This document shows, in pieces, positions 20,844 to 28,057 of a DNA stretch of 64,000 bases. Position numbers and translations under genes: made by a program. The first letter of the stretch is position 1, and the number at the start of each line of letters is the position of its first letter. Source of the stretch: Azonexus sp. GTDB taxonomy: Bacteria; Pseudomonadota; Gammaproteobacteria; Burkholderiales; Rhodocyclaceae. Where the stretch lies: the NCBI GenBank assembly GCA_030696345.1, contig JAUYSK010000024.1:239566-303565 (forward strand), written 5' to 3'. The notes below the pieces were generated by a model, which worked only from the letters and a program-made list of their open reading frames with translations, did not search any database and was not told the DNA's origin.

Positions 20844-21139
20844 TGGTGCCCCCGACAGGAATCGAACCTGTACCTAACCCTTCATGCCACTTCAATTTTC
20901 ATTGCCACAATAAATTGTGTTCGTGGTCTGGACTATGCCTTAACCATAAGCAAAATACTCTTAGGTTGACCCTGTCTAGTCTCTACACCTTCCACTTCAA
21001 AAGTGGCTTGGCTCGGCATTGCCACGAGTTTGCACCCAGAGGGTTCACCGAATTTAAGGTCATTCAAGCATTGGCTTTCGCTCAATGTTGCCCAATTTTG
21101 TTTAGGAGGGGTTTGTTGTATCCATTCAACTACGGAGGC
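20844..21139 (-). tRNA. Island-encoded tRNA-Arg(CCU) with group I intron (exons 21139-21104 and 20882-20844)
   Basis: Spliced: GCCTCCGTAGTTGAATGGATACAACAAACCCCTCCT|AAGGGTTAGGTACAGGTTCGATTCCTGTCGGGGGCACCA (75 nt). All stems pair; anticodon arm AACCC-CTCCTAA-GGGTT. Confidence 0.95.
20883..21103 (-). ncRNA. Group I self-splicing intron (221 nt, no ORF)
   Basis: 5' splice site after anticodon U with P1 CCUAA/UUGGG (U-G pair); P2 with GAAA loop; P3 UGACC/GGUCA; P4 UUCGG/CCGAG; P6a CCACUU/AAGUGG; P7 GACUA/UAGUC (R motif GUGUAGAGACUAGA, S motif AAGGCAUAGUCC); P8; terminal G at 20883. Confidence 0.93.
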
Positions 21140-21148
21140 GCAGCCGGC

Positions 21149-21157
21149 ATTCTAGCA
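21149..21157 (-). promoter_or_regulatory. Extended -10 promoter of island tRNA
   Basis: TGC-TAGAAT followed by GC-rich discriminator GCCGGCTGC directly before the tRNA 5' end. Confidence 0.7.
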
Positions 21158-21263
21158 GCCTACAGCACCACTTGGAAGAACGCCAATTCCCTTTAAGGCT
21201 GACGGCACAAGGCCTCAAGCCCATAGTATTATTCGACAATTGCTATTACGCTGAGAGCTTGAA

Positions 21264-21731
21264 GTGGAAGCCAAGAAAGACCTGTTGGAGTACCTTGAAA
21301 CAAAGTATGGGAAAAAATTTATTACTCCCAAACAACTATCTCAGGAGATACCGGTTTCCTCAAAGCAACAGAGCCTTCTTCGGAAAAAAGAGCTATTTCC
21401 AATCAAGCACAAGAACATTGGAAAAAATGTTTTCTACTCCATCTATTCAGTTGCTAGCTTCATGCTAGATGAAGAAGTTCAGGAAGTTGAAAAACCAAAA
21501 TCAAAGCCCGTTGTTGCTGAAGTTGGGAAACACCCCTCCAAGAAAGAAGCCAACATTGAAGACCTTTCACACATTTTTAACATGAAAGGCTTTGTTTCCA
21601 AGTTGGAACAACAACGAGACACCATCGAGAATCTGATTCTTTTTTTCAACAGCAAGATTGCTCACGATGAACTACAACTGGATTTATCCAGTAATGGATC
21701 AGATAAAAGTCGACCAAAAGGAAAAGTTTGA
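21264..21731 (+). CDS. Putative HTH DNA-binding protein (excisionase/AlpA-like candidate)
   Basis: ITPKQLSQEIPVS..LFPIKHKNIGKNVFYSIYSVASFM resembles an HTH_17/Xis fold; located near attL. Confidence 0.5.
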   Translation: MEAKKDLLEYLETKYGKKFITPKQLSQEIPVSSKQQSLLRKKELFPIKHKNIGKNVFYSIYSVASFMLDEEVQEVEKPKSKPVVAEVGKHPSKKEANIEDLSHIFNMKGFVSKLEQQRDTIENLILFFNSKIAHDELQLDLSSNGSDKSRPKGKV

Positions 21732-21903
21732 CTCTGACCGTTGAAGAGCAGGTTCAATCAAACAATCCCATTGTGGCCGGCTGTCGTGGTGGGTTCGGCT
21801 AGTATGCAACATGACAACAGGCGCTGGAAAATGAAACAGGAACGCCCCCCCACTGGTGCGAGCTGTGGAAGTCTTCAATTCATTAAATCGTTGAATTGAA
21901 CTG

Positions 21904-23066
21904 TCAGAGCACCCCAGTCCGTTCAAACATTTTCTTCAGGTAAGCCTGCCCACCTTCGTTCATGAACAGAACATTCCGGTCTTCCAGCTCTTGTTGCTTA
22001 CAGGTTACATTCAGCAAGTCGCCAAATGCTGTCCCGGACAAGATGAATGCATTCAAGGTCAGCTTGGGGTCCCCCAGTTTTTCCTGAAGCACCTTCACTT
22101 CTTTGTATAACCCCAACTTGGGATCGGTCAGATTCATCTGCCGAATGCCCTTCGGATCAATGAAGTTCAGACACTGCTGGCCTGTTTCTTCATCTACCAG
22201 CCATAGCAGGTAGTCGGGGTAAAAATTGCCCGCCAAGGCAAAACCCAACCCCTTGGCTTTGGTATCGGCGTTGCGCAGTAGGTAAAGACTTCGCTTGCCA
22301 AGGATGGCTTTACCCAATGGCGACTGGTAGAAGGACTCCAGGTCACGGACAAACTGAATTTCACTGGGGGCATCAAAAGCCAGAGGACGCATCTTCAGTG
22401 GAACTGCACCTTCAATGGCAAACAAGGGGTAGTACAGGTGACTATCAAAGCAAATGGCAACCATCTGTCCCGCATTCCACTTGCTGGCTTCACCCAAGTC
22501 ACCCGACTTCACCAGCTCCTGAAGAACCCTGAGTTTTTTCTCGTAGGCTTCGCCGTCTTCAGTATCTTCAATCTCAAACTGATAAACCTTGAGCAGCGTG
22601 TCATCATCTTCTTTGACATTCACAATGTCGTAGAACTGACCTTCGTAGGCCGTCTTCAGTGACTTGTAGAACCGGTCCGTATAGTCCTGTAACAGACGGA
22701 TCAGGATGTCCTCTTGCTTGAGAATATCGGCAAAGCCACGAATGTTCAGTTCAGATTTCGGGATGAACAACGTGTACCAGTCATGATGGTTCAGACAAAA
22801 ATCCACCAGGCGAGCACTGTCTAGTCGCAGGTTGCTCCAGCTTCGCAGTTGCTTGAACTCTTGCACCGCCAAGTAGATGCGATCAAAGTCAAACAGTGCC
22901 ATGGTTTCACTGGCAATCTTACCCATGTGCCGAATATTGCCTTCAGGACCGGCACCGCCCTTGTCCTGACTGGCCAATGCTTCCAGCTTGGGATACAAGT
23001 CTAAGGTGATGTGGGCTTCCTTAATCTTGCCCGCAAACTCAGCAGGCACTTCGTAAAGCCACGGAT
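21904..23066 (-). pseudogene. C-terminal fragment of type III restriction (Res) subunit
   Basis: GNFYPDYLLW..FIDPKGIR PD-(D/E)XK nuclease. The N-terminal helicase part is missing and the frame begins at a junction with the SNF2 fragment. Confidence 0.75.
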
Positions 23067-23272
23067 ATGGTCTTGCCCAAGCCGACTTCATCTGCCAGTA
23101 GAACACCTTTGGACAGTGGCGACTTCAAAGCGAACAGTGCCGCTTCAATCTGGTGCGGGTTCAGGTCAACACTGGCATCAAACAGCGACTGGGACAGCCT
23201 GCCGGCATCGTTCGGCCCATGCCGCCTGGTCAGCTCATGAGCGAAATACTTGGCATGGAAGGATGTGATCAT
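23066..23272 (-). pseudogene. N-terminal fragment of SNF2-family helicase
   Basis: MITSFHAKYFAHELTRR..DLNPHQIEAA..GVLLADEVGLGKTI, with the frame ending 8 codons after Walker A. Confidence 0.8.
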
Positions 23273-23617
23273 GGCCCTGAACTGTCTAGTTATGTGTTCA
23301 ACAAGGGGACACCGCCCCCCTAGGAACCGGGCTCGTCAGCATCCGATACAACGGCACCCCGCCATTCTAAGCCACTACCCCTTGTCATAGGCAGTCTTGA
23401 CAAGATCATCATGATGAAGAAAGACAGGTTTTCAATAAAGAAAAGAATGAGAAGGCAAAAAATTGGTTTCATCTTAAGCAACTCTTACCATACCAACCAA
23501 GGAATATATCTACATGATGTCCGGGCGAAGCATTGACGCAAGAAAACTTGATGCTATGATCGATGAAGATAAGCAAACAAAATTTGATGCTTTGTTGGAT
23601 CAGACAGACTCACAACC

Positions 23618-24253
23618 TTGAAAGGAATCCAGATGATTTTTCCACAACAAACAGAACTAGATGCACTCGGCAAGAAAGTTTCCGAAGGATTGACCAAATC
23701 CGATCTAGATACACTTATCAAACTGACTGATTCTAAGAAAAAATGGCAAAATGATAGAGATGCAGAAATATCTGGAATTATTGAATCAATCAAAGAAAAA
23801 AAGATTGAGCTAACTCGTTTGATTGGCAAAGCATACACTGTTGCTGATTTAAGAACAGCAGCAGTTCATTTTGAACTAATCAAGGCTAGTGGAAAGAAAA
23901 ACATAACAAATACACAACAAGAAAGACTTGTCGTGGGAACATTTCAGCTTGCAGATTACGGTTTCACAGTTGAACCGCAAGCCGATGGCACAGTACCTTC
24001 TGAATATGAATGGGACTTCAATAACGGCCCGCGTGGCGCTTCCTGGAAGCAGAAATTTGTTCAAGCGATTATCGCCAAAGGTATTGATGACTGCATGACC
24101 AAAATCACCCCCGACTTCAAAGCATGGCTGGAGATTTCCCATCCCGATGGCCGCAACCCAAATAAGCGGATTTTTAAGAACAAAGCGGCTTTCTACAAGG
24201 CTTTTGGTCTTAAGAGTAACGGCACCCCGTCAAAGTCGAAGAAGACCGCCTAA
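23618..24253 (+). CDS. Basic hypothetical protein, possible H-NS-like N-terminus
   Basis: 211-aa ORF with its own terminator. RDAEISGIIESIKE..YTVADL pattern. The family assignment is tentative. Confidence 0.55.
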   Translation: MKGIQMIFPQQTELDALGKKVSEGLTKSDLDTLIKLTDSKKKWQNDRDAEISGIIESIKEKKIELTRLIGKAYTVADLRTAAVHFELIKASGKKNITNTQQERLVVGTFQLADYGFTVEPQADGTVPSEYEWDFNNGPRGASWKQKFVQAIIAKGIDDCMTKITPDFKAWLEISHPDGRNPNKRIFKNKAAFYKAFGLKSNGTPSKSKKTA

Positions 24254-24272
24254 CCAACACAGCACATTACAC

Positions 24273-24296
24273 AAGCCCACTTCGGTGGGCTTTTTT
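24273..24296 (+). terminator. Rho-independent terminator
   Basis: AAGCCCAC-TTCG-GTGGGCTT followed by a T-run. Confidence 0.85.
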
Positions 24297-24304
24297 ACGC
24301 GAGC

Positions 24305-24763
24305 ATGACCATGCACGGACGCCCAAGCAAACTTGAAGAATCAGGCTTCTACGCCAGCCCGAACACAGTACTCGGACAAAATATAGCCCGTTGCCTAACA
24401 GAACACGGCGAGTTCTATTTTTCCAGCAGTCAGCAAATTCTGGATGCCTTTGGGCAGGCCTTTGAACGAGCAGACACCCAGCAAGCCATAGACAACATCC
24501 TTACCTTCACCAAGCAACTCAATGATCTGGGTTGCCACATGCGCGAGTTTGGCTATCGGGTCATTGATGACAGCCAAGGTAAATATGCCTTGACCTACAC
24601 AATTGAAAGTCACCAATACGAGAACGATCCCCTATGGGTCAATGAAGTTTTTACCTTGGATACCCCGCTGATCATGCTCATCAACCAGTTCGCAAGTCAC
24701 TGGAATGACTGCTTTGAGAAGATACCGATGCGGGACATTATCAGTGTAGCGAAGGGAAACTAA
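24305..24763 (+). CDS. Hypothetical protein
   Basis: 152-aa ORF; no motif recognised. Confidence 0.55.
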   Translation: MTMHGRPSKLEESGFYASPNTVLGQNIARCLTEHGEFYFSSSQQILDAFGQAFERADTQQAIDNILTFTKQLNDLGCHMREFGYRVIDDSQGKYALTYTIESHQYENDPLWVNEVFTLDTPLIMLINQFASHWNDCFEKIPMRDIISVAKGN

Positions 24764-24779
24764 ACCGATGAGAACTTGA

Positions 24780-25919
24780 TCAAGTTTGGCATAAGTTACC
24801 GCTATCGTTTGCAAATGCCTTTACCTTCTTCTTTGGCTTATTGATGACGGATAAGTAGCCGTCAAATTTATTTTCATCAGCGACGATGTAGGCGTAGACA
24901 TCCTTGCCAAACTTTTCAGTGATTGGGTCTTTTAGACCTTCTGCTATATATCTGAATACGTGCTCATAACTTCCGTTGTCACGAAGAAGGACGAGAGCAG
25001 AAATGAATGCAAGGAGCCGCCTATGATCAAGAAGCCGAAATGCGAAACGACCATCGTTAGTCTTTCGTATCAAATACTTCTTTTTCCCTTCAGCATGGGC
25101 ATACATCAATACATTTACCCTTTTCGCGACCAGTTCAGAAAGTGTCAGGAAGTAGTCATCACGATTGAAAGAAGTCGCTTCAACAGGTACATGATCGGGG
25201 TAATCAATTTCCTGTAGCTCTTCCAAGTCATTCTGCACATGGTCACGCCACCCCCAGCCTAAATTTCTTTCATATTCCAATTTGCTAAGGGCATCTGGTT
25301 CGCCATCTAGTGACGGAAAAGATTCAGTCACAGTCAGCCGACTCTTCAAACTACGACGCAGACCGTCAGTAGGCAACGACTTCCAACGCTCAACAGAGTA
25401 ATCGGGAGACCTATCAGTAGGTCTCTTCCACATTTCTCTTGACCAGTATTTGTCAGGAATGCTGATTTCAATCAAGGCCTGGACCTTGTCAAGCAAAGCC
25501 ATAGCCTTGAACGGCATCCGTGCTCGCAAGGTCCAGCTAGGTAGATCAATCTCATCTAGCAGCTCTGTGTCCAGCACACCATAGAGCAACTGATCGTGCT
25601 TGCCGCTATTACCTGCAAGCACATCCCATAAATGCAGACCCCCAGGTCCCTTCAGCCAAATTTCCGCGCTACCAGGAAGGCTCTTCTCCACGGCGTTGAC
25701 TGTGCTGGGCGGGGGCTCCGCAAATCCAAGCTTGTACTTGGACCACAAATCTTTATCAGGGACTTCCTTTGACATACGAGCCATTTGAGCCTGGCTGACC
25801 ATCCCTGAAGACAAATAAGTGCCGTTGGATTTGGCATACGCCAGTCTCAAGCACATGGTCACCCACCTAGACCCACGGATCTTCACAATTTCCAAGACTT
25901 TTTTGCTGGTTTTTGACAT
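24780..25919 (-). CDS. Hypothetical protein with possible N-terminal HTH (regulator candidate)
   Basis: 379-aa ORF divergent from the WYL operon; SQAQMARM..LWSKYKLGFAEP is HTH-like. Confidence 0.6.
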   Translation of the reverse strand: MSKTSKKVLEIVKIRGSRWVTMCLRLAYAKSNGTYLSSGMVSQAQMARMSKEVPDKDLWSKYKLGFAEPPPSTVNAVEKSLPGSAEIWLKGPGGLHLWDVLAGNSGKHDQLLYGVLDTELLDEIDLPSWTLRARMPFKAMALLDKVQALIEISIPDKYWSREMWKRPTDRSPDYSVERWKSLPTDGLRRSLKSRLTVTESFPSLDGEPDALSKLEYERNLGWGWRDHVQNDLEELQEIDYPDHVPVEATSFNRDDYFLTLSELVAKRVNVLMYAHAEGKKKYLIRKTNDGRFAFRLLDHRRLLAFISALVLLRDNGSYEHVFRYIAEGLKDPITEKFGKDVYAYIVADENKFDGYLSVINKPKKKVKAFANDSGNLCQT

Positions 25920-25959
25920 TCATACACCCCGTACTTGTGAGCAAAAGTCTAGCAGATTT

Positions 25960-26048
25960 GATGAACGAATACGCTTTGCTAGTTCATCAGATTTATTGAT
26001 TGAGTGTGCTAGCGAATGTGATGAACGAATCGATCATATTAGTTCATC
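25960..26048. promoter_or_regulatory. Paired operators GATGAAC-N15-GTTCATC
   Basis: Two inverted repeats with identical geometry at 25960-25988 and 26020-26048, exactly 60 bp apart, between divergent genes. Confidence 0.75.
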
Positions 26049-26109
26049 GAAGTATTTTAAACAAAAGCGCAGAATGGCTTCACTTTAACAACAAACGAAA
26101 GGAAACAAA

Positions 26110-26400
26110 ATGAACATCATCAATTACGCAATTAAAGACAAGCAAATTCTTGTTGTTGTGTACAAAGGATTACCACGAATTATTGAACCACACATTGTCG
26201 GTGCCGCAAAAAATGGCAATGAGTATCTTCGTTGTTTTCAAACTGGGGGAACAAGCTGTACTGATGAATACGGCTGGAAGATCATGAATTTGGAAAATAT
26301 TCAGTTGGTTTCACTTCTTCCAAATCAGTACTTTCCTAATGCGAGAGATGACTTCAATAGAAACGATCCAGTTATTACCAATATACATGCAACGCTCTAA
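26110..26400 (+). CDS. Stand-alone WYL-domain protein
   Basis: AIKDKQILVVVY..RIIEPHIVG..LRCFQ..GWKIMNLENI..RDDFNRND matches the WYL SH3-like pattern. Confidence 0.75.
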   Translation: MNIINYAIKDKQILVVVYKGLPRIIEPHIVGAAKNGNEYLRCFQTGGTSCTDEYGWKIMNLENIQLVSLLPNQYFPNARDDFNRNDPVITNIHATL

Positions 26401-26434
26401 AAAATCTCAATCAATTACAACGAAAGGAAATGAG

Positions 26435-26800
26435 ATGAACAACAACAAACAACTAGGCGAAACTCTTATCAAATCAATGGCTAACTTATCAACCAACAAA
26501 ATCAAAGAGTCAATTCTAACGAGCTTCATGGTCTACGAGCAATGTATCCGGGACGAGGAGAGTATGCCAAGTAGTCAGTGGTTTCACTTCCATGACCTTG
26601 TGGCGCTTATGTGGGGCTACTACGGAGATCTCGACTTATATATTGACGAAATGGAAGAGCGATGGAAAACAACTTTACTAGGATTCAAGTCCCGCGCTGA
26701 TATTGAAAGTTTTGTTCAATCAGTAGGGGATAACAAAGAAGTGCATGACGCGCATCTCCTTCAAATCAAAAAACAATTCAACACCATCTACGTATATTAA
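26435..26800 (+). CDS. Hypothetical protein
   Basis: RBS GAAAGGA; 121 aa. Confidence 0.65.
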   Translation: MNNNKQLGETLIKSMANLSTNKIKESILTSFMVYEQCIRDEESMPSSQWFHFHDLVALMWGYYGDLDLYIDEMEERWKTTLLGFKSRADIESFVQSVGDNKEVHDAHLLQIKKQFNTIYVY

Positions 26801-26822
26801 TTAACTAACGAAAGGAAAAACC

Positions 26823-27227
26823 ATGCAAAAAGCGAAATTGTTTTACAGCACCAAGCCACGCCTTTTTGTCGCAAATGCCTATGCAGCGCAGATCAGGTCC
26901 GACATATCAGAGAAGATTTGCACTGGTTTTGAATGCATATCCATTGAGGAATTCTATGAAGAATGTTCACAACAAGAATTCGATGAACTCACTGACTGGA
27001 ATTATGCCGTCTTTGGCGAAGCACTTTGCAACACCGTAGATACTGCTATTGATCGTGCTTTGTATGCTGAGGAAACGTTCATAAGCGATGTCTTCAGCAT
27101 TGAGATTTGTGAGTCATTCCGCCTACCCGGACATTTTTGGGCAACTTTCTGCCTAGATGACCCAGAGCAGAAAAAAGCAAAGCTTATCCGTGAAATGAAA
27201 CGAAACGCTATTTACTACTTACCCTGA
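26823..27227 (+). CDS. Acidic hypothetical protein
   Basis: RBS GAAAGGA; 134 aa. Confidence 0.65.
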   Translation: MQKAKLFYSTKPRLFVANAYAAQIRSDISEKICTGFECISIEEFYEECSQQEFDELTDWNYAVFGEALCNTVDTAIDRALYAEETFISDVFSIEICESFRLPGHFWATFCLDDPEQKKAKLIREMKRNAIYYLP

Positions 27228-27238
27228 AAGGAATAACC

Positions 27239-27406
27239 ATGAACTATACAAATGAACTTTACTACTACACCAACCTAATCAACAGCACTGCGAAACGAAT
27301 CCGCCATGCGCGTGGCAAGAAAGCTTTGAATTTATTGCTCTCTATTCAAGACTGCATGATTGAAGAATTCATCGAAACAGTCGCTGCGATGAATGATGGA
27401 AAGTAA
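27239..27406 (+). CDS. Small hypothetical protein (55 aa)
   Basis: Manual translation MNYTNELYYY..AAMNDGK; RBS GAAAGGA; below the ORF-track cutoff. Confidence 0.55.
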   Translation: MNYTNELYYYTNLINSTAKRIRHARGKKALNLLLSIQDCMIEEFIETVAAMNDGK

Positions 27407-27409
27407 TTC

Positions 27410-27710
27410 TTCCCCAGGCACTTGGGGAAGATCTGGGGAAACGCCCCCAGGCTTTGGGGCAATTTCAACAAATCAGGAGCAATAAATCATGAACCACTCA
27501 CAATTTCAGACAATTTACCCCACTTTTACCCCAACTTCCCCAGGGCTTCCCCAGGCACATGGGGAGGGGCAATACCTTAATTCAAGGGGCTTTTCAAGGA
27601 TTTCCCCAAGTACCCCATTCTTTTTCAAATTAAGAAGAAAGGGGGGTATATACACCCCCCTTGTATGAGTTTCCGAAAAGCCTGGGGTGCTTGGGGAAGC
27701 CGGGGAAATT
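27410..27710. repeat. CCCCA/TGGGG-rich element, copy 1 (putative replication origin)
   Basis: More than a dozen CCCCA/TGGGG motifs in both orientations upstream of copG-like/rep. 27525-27707 aligns by eye to 52751-52935. Confidence 0.7.
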
Positions 27711-27813
27711 AAAAGTCAAATCTACTCAAGCTTATTGAAACTTGACAATATTTTCAAACTTGACAATCAGAAACAATCTGTTAGATGTAATCAAACCACA
27801 TAGGAGAAGTTAA

Positions 27814-27987
27814 ATGAACAAAGTAAAGAAGACACACAAATTTTTCAATGTCGTCGTTGATGACGATCTTTTGAAGGACATAAGAGACTTGCGCGAAGCT
27901 GGAGTTAATTGGCAAGCCCTTACACGCTCATTCCTTCAAGGCAAGGCTACTGAACTAAAGACAAGCCAAGTATTTAATTTGAAGTAA
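27814..27987 (+). CDS. Small ribbon-helix-helix (CopG-like) regulator
   Basis: 57 aa MNKVKKTHKFFNVVVDDDLLKDIRDLREAGVNWQALTRSFL; RBS AGGAG; tandem AAACTTGACAAT upstream (27738, 27756). Confidence 0.55.
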   Translation: MNKVKKTHKFFNVVVDDDLLKDIRDLREAGVNWQALTRSFLQGKATELKTSQVFNLK

Positions 27988-28057
27988 ACAATAAAAATGC
28001 GACTCGCCAAAGCCGCACTCAAAACCAAACAATAGCTAACAACAAGAAAGGTTCCAT

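Noticed and set aside
20837-21196. 119-aa plus-strand ORF over the intron (possible homing endonuclease)
   Set aside because: It is antisense to the tRNA and intron, spans both exons, and has no LAGLIDADG, HNH or GIY-YIG motif.
27489-27581. 30-aa ORF with a good RBS inside the ori-like element
   Set aside because: The frame is not preserved in the homologous second copy, and the composition is dictated by the repeats.
27410-27710. CRISPR array or G-quadruplex in the CCCCA/TGGGG regions
   Set aside because: There is no constant repeat-spacer period, and G-tracts alternate between strands rather than forming four closely spaced same-strand runs.
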